The notes below the pieces were generated by a model. The model was not told the DNA's origin. It saw nothing but the letters and a program-made list of their open reading frames with translations, and did no database searches. From positions 1 to 30,388 of IMG/VR virus record IMGVR_UViG_3300046832_001354: a DNA stretch of 30,388 nucleotides; one strand, written 5' to 3'. A program made the translations under genes and the position numbers. Below, piece after piece: positions 1 through 8,467 of this stretch. The DNA comes from a virus (Duplodnaviria > Caudoviricetes). The first letter of the stretch is position 1. The number at the start of each line of letters is the position of its first letter.

Positions 1-74
1 TTGAGCGTCGAGGCCGACAGCGTGGTCGTCGGGCTGATCGTGGTGCCTGGGGTGACGTTTACGAAGAGTGGCAT
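1..74 (-). CDS. 5' end of a virion structural gene, running off the window (MPLFVNVTPGTTISPTTTLSASTL...)
   Basis: ATG at 74, 6 nt after the stop of 81..2906. Frame is open to the window edge. Thr/Ser-rich, in the tail module. Confidence 0.6.
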   Translation of the reverse strand, partial: MPLFVNVTPGTTISPTTTLSASTL

Positions 75-80
75 GGTGTT

Positions 81-2906
81 TTAGACGTCGTTCTTGCCGT
101 AGAGTCGGAATGCGATGCCGATGACCTTGGCGCTGTAGATGTCGAGGGAGCCCTGGTCGGTGGTGATCAGGGGCTGCACAGAGGCCGAGTGCTTGCGCAG
201 GCGGGCCTTGTGACTGAAGAACTGATGCAGGCCGGCCTTCCACCCGTTGTTGCCGGTGCGGAACTGGGTGGTCACCGAGTAGTCCTCGCGGTACGGGGCC
301 AGGAAGTTGTCGGCGGTGTTGTTCGTGTTGTAGGTGCCACTGCCGTAGGTGTAGTAGGCCGTGCGATCCTTGGTCTGATCGGTTGCGACCACGTAGGACT
401 CATTCACGCCGTCGAACTGCGCGGTGATGGAATAGCGGGTATTCCAGTTGCCCAGCTCGAACTGGATGTCGGTCCACTGCTTATGGTCGACGTTGTCCTC
501 CCCGGTGTAGCCGCGGAAACGAACCTCGGTGCTGATCTGGGCCAGCACGCCGGTGCGGTCTACGTCCACAAGCCCGAGCGGGTCGAACTGGTGGATCAGG
601 CCGCTCTGGTCGGCCCAGCACAGCGTATCGGTGCCTGCCACGATCACGCGGCACCAGTACTTCGGAACGAGCAGCGAGCCCTCCCAGTAGCCTTCCCAGG
701 CCTTGTTCAGGAAGTTGTAGACCAGCGTGCGCTGGTTGGTGCCGTCACCGCCCTCTACCGGCACGCTCAGGATGTAGCGGTTGGCGAAGTAGGTCGCGCA
801 GGCATTGCCCCAGTAGGCCTGGTCGATGTCGTCGACGAGATTCTGAATCTGGTCGGACAACGGCACCACCACCGACTGGCTGATGCCGAACTCGGTCTGC
901 CGGAGGCTGATGATGCCGCGTTGGGAGAGGAAGATGACGTCGGAGCCTGTGCCTGCGATGGAGGCCTGTGACACACACCCGAACTCCCGGGTGACCTCGG
1001 TCAAGCGGGTGGTCGACAGGTCGCCGTAGAGGTTCTCCACGGCCAGGACCGAGCGCTCCTTGAAGACCAGCAGCGTGGTGGCGTTGAACGGGTACAGGGC
1101 CACCACCCGGTCATTGCTGCCGGTGTTCAGCTTGAACTCATTCAGGATTGGGCTGTAGTGCAGCGGGTCCAGCACGTCGGAGACAGCCAGGTAGTCGTTA
1201 CCGTAGAGCAGCAGCAGGCGGTTCTGGAAGTACAGACCCTCGCGGCCCGGGGGCACCGAGGAACCGGAAGCACTCGAGCGCTTGATGCTGCCGGTGATGT
1301 TGGACGTGGTGACATCCACCAGGGTCGAAGGCATGGCCACCGAGGCAGTGGGGGTTGTTGAATAGACGCCCGCATTGACGATGGTGACTGCGCTGACGAT
1401 TCCGTCGGTGACGGTAGTGGTCAGGCTGGCGGCCACACTGAATGTGCCGGAGACCGTGATCACCGGGGCCGAGAGGTAGCCGGAGCCCTGGTTAAGGATA
1501 ACGACGTCGATGATTGAAATGTTGGGCGACGTGCCACTGGTCGTGAGCTGTATGACTGCCCGATTGGCGTCGTTCAGCGAGTCGGTCTCCTCGGTCGTGC
1601 CCGAGAACAGGCGCAGCGTGTTGTTGTCGACCGGGTAGACGTAGTAGATCTTGTTGGTGACGTTGGCCCCACCGTTTTCAATGTTGGTCAGCGTGACCTG
1701 ATCGCCCGGGATGAAGTTGTGGTTGAAGACCGCAATGGTGTCCGCGGTAGCGTCTGAACTGTTGATCGAAAGAGTGGACGGGATGCGGTCGAACCCGGCG
1801 TCGAGCGCAGACGGGTTGGTTGCCGTGCTCTGCATCAGGATCGGCATCCCGTCGTTCAGGTTGTTGACGATGTCCTGCGCCAGGTCGTAGCCGGTCGTAT
1901 TGCTGGCCAGCTCAATATAGTATCGGGCGTTGTTCTCCGGGTTCAGTGCCAGCGAGTTGGTCTTGGCCCGGGCATCAGCGAGAGTCAGGTGCAGCGAGAC
2001 CTCTTGATTGACGACGTTGACGTAGAGCTGGAAGCCCTGGCCGGAACCGAGGGACGCATTCCAGAGGGGAGCAGCACTGCCAACCTGGCCGACATTCACG
2101 ATGTCTCCGGTCGCCAAGTCAGGAACCACGTTCAGTGTGACCTCGGTGGATGCCTCTTGAGAAAGAAGCGCACCACTTTCGCACAGTAGCGCGTCGCCGC
2201 CTTCAGTGTCGATGGAGTCGTAGACGATGCCGATGACGCTGTCGAAGTAGTAGCGGGCGTTGCCAGGGCGCAGCATGACCACGCCGTTGGTGGCCTGAAT
2301 GAGGCGCACCGGAAGGTAGATGTCGTGCCCGTTCATGGACACTTCCACGGGCGACTGGTTGGGCCGGATGCACCAGACCTTGCCCTGGCCACCGTCGGAG
2401 GAGCGGGCTTCGTTGACTGCAACCAGGAGGGCGTTGGCGCCGGTGTCCGGGTCACGGTAGGGCAGGACGCCTAAGATCTCATCAAAGGGAGCGGTCGAGC
2501 CGTAGAACTGAACCGTCTTGTTGGCGGGCGACGGTGAGAAGCTGAACGCTGCAGTGCTGAAGGTAGCGTTAGTGTTGTCGTCCAGCGTACAGAGCGTGCC
2601 GTTGGAGAAGATCTGCTGATTCAGGCCAACGTCGCAGACTACCTGTGAGTTGGCCGGGATCTGATCGCCCGAGACGGGCACACCCACCGAGGAGCTAGCG
2701 GTCAGTGTAACGATGCGCGATCCGACTGACCAGCGACCGCCCCACTTAGGCTGCACGATGCCCCAGCGGTTCTTGATGACCTGATCCTCGAAACGTCGGT
2801 TGACGGCGTTGGAAACGTAGGAGGCCGGGATCAGCGCAGGGTCAATGCGCGATACCACTCCAACGAATCCATCGTCGATTCCACCGATTTGAGGCAGGTC
2901 AGGCAT
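81..2906 (-). CDS. Tail nozzle / tail tubular protein B-like (P22 gp10 / T7 gp12 class), 941 aa
   Basis: Large beta-rich protein directly after the adaptor. Beta-propeller-like segments typical of the class (YFQNRLLL, LLVFKERSVLAV, FGCVSQASI, VIFLSQRGI, LVYNFLNKAW). Confidence 0.7.
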   Translation of the reverse strand: MPDLPQIGGIDDGFVGVVSRIDPALIPASYVSNAVNRRFEDQVIKNRWGIVQPKWGGRWSVGSRIVTLTASSSVGVPVSGDQIPANSQVVCDVGLNQQIFSNGTLCTLDDNTNATFSTAAFSFSPSPANKTVQFYGSTAPFDEILGVLPYRDPDTGANALLVAVNEARSSDGGQGKVWCIRPNQSPVEVSMNGHDIYLPVRLIQATNGVVMLRPGNARYYFDSVIGIVYDSIDTEGGDALLCESGALLSQEASTEVTLNVVPDLATGDIVNVGQVGSAAPLWNASLGSGQGFQLYVNVVNQEVSLHLTLADARAKTNSLALNPENNARYYIELASNTTGYDLAQDIVNNLNDGMPILMQSTATNPSALDAGFDRIPSTLSINSSDATADTIAVFNHNFIPGDQVTLTNIENGGANVTNKIYYVYPVDNNTLRLFSGTTEETDSLNDANRAVIQLTTSGTSPNISIIDVVILNQGSGYLSAPVITVSGTFSVAASLTTTVTDGIVSAVTIVNAGVYSTTPTASVAMPSTLVDVTTSNITGSIKRSSASGSSVPPGREGLYFQNRLLLLYGNDYLAVSDVLDPLHYSPILNEFKLNTGSNDRVVALYPFNATTLLVFKERSVLAVENLYGDLSTTRLTEVTREFGCVSQASIAGTGSDVIFLSQRGIISLRQTEFGISQSVVVPLSDQIQNLVDDIDQAYWGNACATYFANRYILSVPVEGGDGTNQRTLVYNFLNKAWEGYWEGSLLVPKYWCRVIVAGTDTLCWADQSGLIHQFDPLGLVDVDRTGVLAQISTEVRFRGYTGEDNVDHKQWTDIQFELGNWNTRYSITAQFDGVNESYVVATDQTKDRTAYYTYGSGTYNTNNTADNFLAPYREDYSVTTQFRTGNNGWKAGLHQFFSHKARLRKHSASVQPLITTDQGSLDIYSAKVIGIAFRLYGKNDV

Positions 2907-2907
2907 A

Positions 2908-3837
2908 TCACCGGGACGGCACGATTATCTGGCGCACATATTTCTCTTGCAGCGCCACCTTGTCGATCTCCTTGGTGAGCTCAACCTCCCCTAACTCCAA
3001 GAACTGGTTGCCCAGGTCGATCTTGCCGTCGACCCGCAGCATCTGACCCGCGGCCTTGAGTGCGCAGATCTCCGAGAAGCGGTAGGGGAAAGCGTAGGCA
3101 CTGGCCTCACCGGCGGTCGAGAGCAGGGGAGGTGTCTTGCGGAACTCGAGCCAGACGTAGGGCAACTGATCTCCGACCAGCACGCCGTCATCAGTGAAGG
3201 TGTAGGTGGCCTCCTGCTGGCGCCAGGACACGCGGGGGTCGCCCGGCCAGACCGAGAAGGTCTCACCGATGGGGACTGCCCGGGTAGTGCCGTCGGGGTT
3301 GTTGGTCTGCGAGATGTTGCGCAGGAACTTGTTCAGGATGCCCCAGTAGGCGGTGTTGGTGGGGACGGTTCCAGCCGGTGGGACAGCATAGGCCTGATAG
3401 TGCTCTTGGGTCACTGGATACAGCACAATCTGCCCGACAGTGTAGGCGGTGCTGAAGTCCCAGTTGCCGTCGTTGTTGCCGTAGCTGGGTTGAGCCTCGG
3501 CCCAATAGATTGAGTTGAGTGAGCCCTTGGGACCATTAACGGTCGGCGTCTGGCCACTGGTCGGGGTGATGTTGACCCACTGGTAGTACTTCTCCTCGAC
3601 CGGATAGTAGACCACGTCCCCGGCGTTGTAGGTTGCCGAGTAGGAATAGGTTGGCGCAAAGAACTCCTGTTGGTAGACCGTCTGCTCAGGCCAGTCGAAG
3701 CACTCCCAGGCGCTCCGCAGTGACATGGAGATGAACGTGCGGAAGAAGTTGGACTCCTCGGTGGTCAGCGTTGAGAAAACGCGCCCAGTGAGCTCACAGG
3801 CGCGTTGCAGCACGTAGTCATAGGTGACGGTTCTCAT
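2908..3837 (-). CDS. Head-tail adaptor / tail tubular protein A-like, with inserted CBM5/12-like repeats, 309 aa
   Basis: Helical N- and C-termini typical of podovirus adaptors (AWECFDWP; FPYRFSEICALKAAGQML). Position before the nozzle. Two central Y-x-x-G-[DQ]-[VI]-V-x-Y repeats. Confidence 0.6.
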   Translation of the reverse strand: MRTVTYDYVLQRACELTGRVFSTLTTEESNFFRTFISMSLRSAWECFDWPEQTVYQQEFFAPTYSYSATYNAGDVVYYPVEEKYYQWVNITPTSGQTPTVNGPKGSLNSIYWAEAQPSYGNNDGNWDFSTAYTVGQIVLYPVTQEHYQAYAVPPAGTVPTNTAYWGILNKFLRNISQTNNPDGTTRAVPIGETFSVWPGDPRVSWRQQEATYTFTDDGVLVGDQLPYVWLEFRKTPPLLSTAGEASAYAFPYRFSEICALKAAGQMLRVDGKIDLGNQFLELGEVELTKEIDKVALQEKYVRQIIVPSR

Positions 3838-3840
3838 TGG

Positions 3841-4086
3841 TTACCAGGCTTTGCAGGACCAGTACTTGGCCGAGAGTTTCGATCCCGGGTTGTCACACCC
3901 GTGACGAGCGCGGAAGTTGGCCCGGCGCTCCGGGATGTGCTTCTTGATGCTCATGTCCGGGTCGCCAAAACGCACGAGCTTAACCTTGCCGTTTTCCTTG
4001 GCCAGGACCGCGGACTTCTTGGACTCCCCGGGGGTTGCCTTGGGCTTGTTGTAGCCGCTGAACTTGTTGCCCTTGTAGTTGATCAT
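3841..4086 (-). CDS. Small basic conserved phage protein (DUF5754-like), 81 aa
   Basis: Motifs VRFGDPDM, RRANFRARH-x-C and SAKYWSC. ATGA overlap with the upstream gene. Confidence 0.65.
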   Translation of the reverse strand: MINYKGNKFSGYNKPKATPGESKKSAVLAKENGKVKLVRFGDPDMSIKKHIPERRANFRARHGCDNPGSKLSAKYWSCKAW

Positions 4087-4307
4087 TGGGACTTCGGTAG
4101 CACGTACCAGCCGGCCGGCAGCGTCACCGTGGACGGTCCCACCAGCTTCTTGTTTGAATCGAATCCGTACACGCTGGCCTTGGTAGGCTTCGCGAGCATC
4201 ACGGGATCACCGGAAGGGACCAGGACCACCTTGGTCATCTGGCAACCGAGGCAGTCCAGCAATGCGATCAGCCAGATCGTTCTTGAGAGCCTCGGGTGCT
4301 TTTCCAT
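4083..4307 (-). CDS. Lipoprotein, putative o-spanin (Rz1-like), 74 aa
   Basis: Basic N-terminus, hydrophobic stretch and lipobox-like CLG-C. Pro-rich mature part. Overlaps the preceding gene in another frame, just after the holins. Confidence 0.55.
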   Translation of the reverse strand: MEKHPRLSRTIWLIALLDCLGCQMTKVVLVPSGDPVMLAKPTKASVYGFDSNKKLVGPSTVTLPAGWYVLPKSQ

Positions 4308-4380
4308 GTTGGATATCGGTGGGTGGTGTTTCCCGCAGCCAATCGAGCAGGGCCTTCAGGATCTGGTAGATCCAGTTCAC
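4207..4380 (-). CDS. Putative i-spanin (Rz-like), 57 aa, MNWIYQILKALLDWLRETPP...GPFR; not in ORF track
   Basis: GTG start overlaps the holin stop (GTGA). Short amphipathic/hydrophobic N-terminus. Overlaps the lipoprotein gene by about 100 nt, as overlapped Rz/Rz1 pairs do. Confidence 0.45.
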   Translation of the reverse strand: MNWIYQILKALLDWLRETPPTDIQHGKAPEALKNDLADRIAGLPRLPDDQGGPGPFR

Positions 4381-4559
4381 TGCTTCGGATCGGCAGGCTT
4401 CTTGAGGTTGCTCTTGATGGACCAGCCGACGCTGGCCAGCGACAGCAGAGCCCCAACCAGCTCGGTGATCTGCTCGGAGGAAGCGAGGCCGCGGGCGATG
4501 ACAAAACCGCCGGCGGCGGTGAGGCCGTGGCGGATGAGGGATGCGATGTTGGGATTCAT
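4377..4559 (-). CDS. Putative holin, 60 aa (MNPNIASLIRHGLTAAGG...)
   Basis: Two hydrophobic segments, IRH-x-LT-x-x-GG motif, basic C-terminus. ATGA-coupled start at 4559. Confidence 0.65.
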   Translation of the reverse strand: MNPNIASLIRHGLTAAGGFVIARGLASSEQITELVGALLSLASVGWSIKSNLKKPADPKQ

Positions 4560-4726
4560 TTTCCGAAAAACAGTTTGTAGGTGCCGTAGGCCATGCATAG
4601 GAACCCCAGCACGGCGGTTCCTAGCTGGACCCACTGGGTGAGGATAGGGGCCAACGATGCAGCGGTCAGGCCAGCGGCTGCGCTGATGGCTACAGTGACG
4701 GCGTTGGTCGATGAATCGTTGGTCAT
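4556..4726 (-). CDS. Small membrane protein, second holin/antiholin candidate, 56 aa (MTNDSSTNAVTVAISAAAG...KLFFGK); not in ORF track
   Basis: Translated by hand. Two hydrophobic helices. Exactly fills the gap between coupled genes. Confidence 0.6.
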   Translation of the reverse strand: MTNDSSTNAVTVAISAAAGLTAASLAPILTQWVQLGTAVLGFLCMAYGTYKLFFGK

Positions 4727-4729
4727 GTC

Positions 4730-4882
4730 CTACTCAGGCTTGTGTTGGGCTGCTGCGGTTTCGAGGAGTTCCACAAGAGGAAGGCCGACCTTCATGTTGG
4801 TCACGTTGCCGGCCTTCATTCCAATGACGAGCAGCTCATAGAGTTGGTTGAACTGCTGGGGACTGAGTTCGATCTTGATCAT
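4730..4882 (-). CDS. Hypothetical protein, 50 aa (MIKIELSPQQFNQLYELLVIGMKAG...); not in ORF track
   Basis: ATGA overlap with the upstream stop. TAG at 4730-4732. Normal codon usage. Confidence 0.65.
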   Translation of the reverse strand: MIKIELSPQQFNQLYELLVIGMKAGNVTNMKVGLPLVELLETAAAQHKPE

Positions 4883-5289
4883 GCGGCGGGAGCATCGGCA
4901 ACAACCTCAGGCTCGGCAACAACAACCGGCTCGGGCGGAGGCACCGGCGGCACCCACGGCAGCGGCAGACTCACCACGGGCGGGTTGATCTGGTTGTTGA
5001 TCTGCGCGGTGACGTTCGCTTCGATGGCCGCTTGATCGACTCCGTTGGCGTAGCACCAACCAAGAACCTGATCCTGCGTGAGGTCAGGATACGGAGTGAA
5101 GCTACCAGTCGGCGGCGCGAATGAGCAGGAGCCGTAGCAGGTGCCGCTGAAGGTCTGCTCGGTGTCGCCAGAGCCGGTGGTTTCGGTGCCGTTGCAACGC
5201 CAGTCGGCGGTGATGACGACATCGGTGAGGGAGCCTTCGGTCGGTTTGACGAGAAGGCGTTCGATGATCCAGACAATGGAGATGTTCAT
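4879..5289 (-). CDS. Conserved phage protein following a tail fibre (possible fibre assembly/adaptor), 136 aa
   Basis: Motifs DVVITADWRC, FTPYPDLTQDQVLGW and LPLPW, a pattern common in genes next to fibre genes. Confidence 0.55.
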   Translation of the reverse strand: MNISIVWIIERLLVKPTEGSLTDVVITADWRCNGTETTGSGDTEQTFSGTCYGSCSFAPPTGSFTPYPDLTQDQVLGWCYANGVDQAAIEANVTAQINNQINPPVVSLPLPWVPPVPPPEPVVVAEPEVVADAPAA

Positions 5290-5300
5290 GGTGGTATGGA

Positions 5301-6470
5301 TTAGGCGTTAGCGAGCGTGGTGACAGTGCCAGAGCTTCCACGGTACTTCAACGCACCGGCTTCGACGTAGAGCTGGCCGCCAGAAACGTTTGCCGTAGGG
5401 GCGGTGCCATCGGCAATCTGGATGGTCTTGGCAGCGGTGGTTCCGGCAGCAGTAAGACCCACCAACAGATTCCCGCTCGCGTCGAGCGTCATCGCTTGGG
5501 TGAAGGTGATGGCGTTGCCAGCGGTGCCTGAAGCGGCGATTTGCCAGCGGTGCTGGCTATTGACTTGGATGTACTGAGAAGCAAAGCCAGTTGCTTTGTA
5601 CTTCCAACCACCGACATTTACAGCGTTCTGAGAGATGTAGAAGTCTGTAGTCGGATAAACTGAGAGATTACCACCATCCAACTCAATCGACTTGTAAGGA
5701 GAACTCCACGCACTCGGCGTAACCCCCACGCCGACGTTGCCGGGATTATCAATGGTAACCTTCATGGTTCCATCATTTCCTGAGAAAGTCAGGATGTTGT
5801 TTCCAGCAGATCCGATCCATCCACCAAGCTGGTTCGCGCCATTCTTAACACCAATAGAAAACGCATTGTTCGGATTGAAAATCGCACGAGTATCAGATCC
5901 TCCATTTCCTACTTCAAATTTGTAGCTTGAAGGCACAGTCCCCACGGCCAGCCCCGTGCTGTTGAGGGTCATTCGAGTGCCGCCAGCGCCGTCGAGGAAT
6001 TCGAAAACACCGGGTGCAGTGATTCGCAATTGCTCAGTCGGAGTCGTGTTAGACGTTGAACAGCTAAGACTTACCTTGTTGTTGTTGCCGTGAAGATAAG
6101 CAGATCCTGTGGATGCAATTCCAAGGTATCCAGTGGCATTTACAGAATCAGTGAACCTGATGAAGTTATTGCTGGTAGCACTGACAATATCCAACACATT
6201 GCCAGCAGTCGGCGTGGCAGTATTAATACCCACCCGATTGTTCGCCGAATCCACCTTCAGCGTCGAGGTATCCACCGTCAGATCGCCGGTGATGGTGGCG
6301 GAGGCGAGGGTGGCGGTGCCGCCTGCGCCGAGGATCTGGTTGCTGGTGACCTTCTTGGTCGTGCCAGAGGCCGCCATGGACGTGTCCGAGATGTCGACAA
6401 TCGGCAGCACGTCCGCTGCCGGATCAACCGTGGTGATGGCCGTTAGGGCCGTGATTTTTGTGTCTGGCAT
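5301..6470 (-). CDS. Short tail fibre / receptor-binding protein, 389 aa
   Basis: N-terminal KITAL...DVLPIVD...TKKVT attachment motif. Repeated [RN]VG[IV]x[TV] beta-repeats. Gly/Thr/Asn-rich. Confidence 0.7.
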   Translation of the reverse strand: MPDTKITALTAITTVDPAADVLPIVDISDTSMAASGTTKKVTSNQILGAGGTATLASATITGDLTVDTSTLKVDSANNRVGINTATPTAGNVLDIVSATSNNFIRFTDSVNATGYLGIASTGSAYLHGNNNKVSLSCSTSNTTPTEQLRITAPGVFEFLDGAGGTRMTLNSTGLAVGTVPSSYKFEVGNGGSDTRAIFNPNNAFSIGVKNGANQLGGWIGSAGNNILTFSGNDGTMKVTIDNPGNVGVGVTPSAWSSPYKSIELDGGNLSVYPTTDFYISQNAVNVGGWKYKATGFASQYIQVNSQHRWQIAASGTAGNAITFTQAMTLDASGNLLVGLTAAGTTAAKTIQIADGTAPTANVSGGQLYVEAGALKYRGSSGTVTTLANA

Positions 6471-6473
6471 GGG

Positions 6474-6713
6474 TCAGTTGGCTTGGATGATGAGTTTGCC
6501 GGTGTCCTCCCGCAGGAGGAACGAGGCGTCCTCCAGCAGCAGGGAATCGAAAGTACCGAAAGTGATGACGATCTTGGATGTACCGTCCTCGAGGAAAACG
6601 AAGAAGTCGTCCTCCTGCAGCAGGTCGCGCCGGATGATAGGCAGGTCGGCGCCGCCGCCAGCCCCACCAAGGGCTTGCTGCACGCCGAGTCCTAGTCCTA
6701 GTCCGAGACGCAT
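6474..6713 (-). CDS. Small virion-associated protein, 79 aa
   Basis: N-terminal LGLGLGLG and two LL-x-ED-x-x-F-x-x-x-ED repeats. Tight spacing within the structural operon. Confidence 0.6.
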   Translation of the reverse strand: MRLGLGLGLGVQQALGGAGGGADLPIIRRDLLQEDDFFVFLEDGTSKIVITFGTFDSLLLEDASFLLREDTGKLIIQAN

Positions 6714-6714
6714 T

Positions 6715-6969
6715 TTAGACCCACTTGCGGTTGTAGGCGATGATCGCCCCGGAGGATACAGCCACCGAGGTAAACACGCCCGAGATCGAATCGCCGGCCT
6801 GGATGGTCACGCCGGCAGGGAAGTTGGTGATGTTGGACGAGACGGCGCCGAGGATGGTCGTGGCAACGGCATGGATCTCCATGTAGTTGCCGGTCACAGT
6901 GCCCGCGGAGGCGTCGATGTACCGGCCACCGTATTCGCCGGCCAGTTGGCGGTTTGATCCGACATTCAT
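6715..6969 (-). CDS. Small beta-rich structural protein (possible head decoration), 84 aa
   Basis: ATGA-coupled start at 6969. All-beta Gly/Thr/Val composition, downstream of the capsid gene. Confidence 0.55.
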   Translation of the reverse strand: MNVGSNRQLAGEYGGRYIDASAGTVTGNYMEIHAVATTILGAVSSNITNFPAGVTIQAGDSISGVFTSVAVSSGAIIAYNRKWV

Positions 6970-7349
6970 AGGGTGAACTTCTGACTGCTGCGTTTTGTGC
7001 CACCGCTCCATCCAACCTGCAAGCGTGTAGCCCCGCAGCGCACTCGCACCTCGGGGTTATCCCGCTCGACCTCTTTCAAAAATTGGGAGTCCTTCCAGCA
7101 ATCGTAGCCGTACTTGCTGCCCCAGGCATGGTAGAGCGTGGGGTCGATCCGCATCCGCAGCCGCCCGATGCCGTCGATAGCGCGGACCTCTCGATCAGAG
7201 TCCTTGGCGATGCGCTTCTGCTGTATTCCAGCTTGCACCCAGTCCTTCTGGATGCCGGATTGGAACTCCTTGATGACGGCGCGGCGCAGTTCGCCGGGCA
7301 GGTCGTCGAGAGCGTTTGCGATGACAGAGGATGCGGAATTGTGAGCCAT
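6966..7349 (-). CDS. Hypothetical protein after the capsid gene, 127 aa
   Basis: ATG at 7349 just after the terminator. Globular-looking (GRLRMRID, GYDCWKD-x-x-F). Confidence 0.65.
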   Translation of the reverse strand: MAHNSASSVIANALDDLPGELRRAVIKEFQSGIQKDWVQAGIQQKRIAKDSDREVRAIDGIGRLRMRIDPTLYHAWGSKYGYDCWKDSQFLKEVERDNPEVRVRCGATRLQVGWSGGTKRSSQKFTL

Positions 7350-7350
7350 G

Positions 7351-7389
7351 AGAAAGGAAAGAGGGGGAGGCCCGGAGTGGACCTCCCCC
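7351..7389 (-). terminator. Intrinsic terminator after the major capsid gene
   Basis: Minus strand reads GGGGGAGGTCC-ACTCC-GGGCCTCCCCC then TCTTTCCTTTCT: an 11-bp stem with one G-U pair and an interrupted U tract. Confidence 0.75.
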
Positions 7390-7402
7390 GTTGAAACTAA
7401 GA

Positions 7403-8464
7403 CTAGCTCGCGCCGTTGAACATACCAAAGCCCGACGGGTTTTTGCAAACCAGACCGGCAATGGCCTCAACGAGGCGGGCAGGGCCGCCACCGGCGTCAG
7501 GCAGATCCTTGACCTGGGGCAGCTTGGCGTAGCGCACCTCGACCATGTCCATCGGGATGACGTAGCCCTTGAAGGCCTGGGCGGTCAGGGAAGTGCTGGT
7601 CTTGCCACCGACAAAGGTGGACGGGTGCAGGATCAAGCGACCAAAGTCGCCCTCGAAAATGTCGATGGACGCCTTGAAGCTATCACTGGACAGGTCCTGG
7701 TTGAAGGTACGGACGCTGGTGGCAGCGATGCTGTTGGCGTTGACAACCTGGGTAACACCCGAGGCCGTGAGGTTGGTGAACGCACGCTTGAGCGTGGTGC
7801 CCAGGATACAATCGTAGTCCCGGAAGGTGCCGGTGGCGCTGTAGATGGCCGTCAGCACGTTCTGAGCGGTCGCCTCAGTGAATGAGGCGGAAGCCGTGGT
7901 GTCAACCGCGCCGGAGGCCGGCAGGAAGGGCGAACCGGAAGCGCACGCACCGATGTTCGAGGCGTTGGTGCTGGTCAGCCAGTTGCCGAGGGAGCCGGTC
8001 AGGTAGGCGTTGCTCGAACCGTTGTCGGCCTGGGCAGCTTGGTTGGTGCACATGAAGGTCGACTCCATGTCGCGCTTGATCTCGACGAGCTTCTTGGCAA
8101 TGCCGTTGGCCAACTCATCGGTCACACCAGCAACGTCCTGAGTCTCGGCGATGAAACCGATGCGCAGGTCCCGGCGGAAGGCCTGGCCGTAGTTGTTCAA
8201 GCGGGTCCGGTTGACCACCGGGTTCGAGGCGCTGGCAACGGTCACGTCGGTGCCGTCGACCACGCCGGCGAGCACGGGGGCGCCGTAGTTATCGACCTGC
8301 CAAGAGAACTGCATATTGCCGATGTCACGGCCCTTAGGGGCCATGGACACGAACGGGGTCGACTTGGCATCGACGATGGCGATGTAATCCGCCAGATCTT
8401 CACGAGCGGCGGAGGTTGAAGCGAGCGGCACAGAGCCGCCCTGGTTGGGCTGAAGTAGGGGCAT
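7403..8464 (-). CDS. Major capsid protein (SU10/DUF5309-like, HK97 fold), 353 aa
   Basis: REDL-x-D-x-I...TPF-x-SM, F-x-WQ-x-D, R-x-x-NY-x-Q-x-F and EIKRDME motifs. Follows the scaffold and precedes a terminator. Confidence 0.85.
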   Translation of the reverse strand: MPLLQPNQGGSVPLASTSAAREDLADYIAIVDAKSTPFVSMAPKGRDIGNMQFSWQVDNYGAPVLAGVVDGTDVTVASASNPVVNRTRLNNYGQAFRRDLRIGFIAETQDVAGVTDELANGIAKKLVEIKRDMESTFMCTNQAAQADNGSSNAYLTGSLGNWLTSTNASNIGACASGSPFLPASGAVDTTASASFTEATAQNVLTAIYSATGTFRDYDCILGTTLKRAFTNLTASGVTQVVNANSIAATSVRTFNQDLSSDSFKASIDIFEGDFGRLILHPSTFVGGKTSTSLTAQAFKGYVIPMDMVEVRYAKLPQVKDLPDAGGGPARLVEAIAGLVCKNPSGFGMFNGAS

Positions 8465-8467
8465 GGT

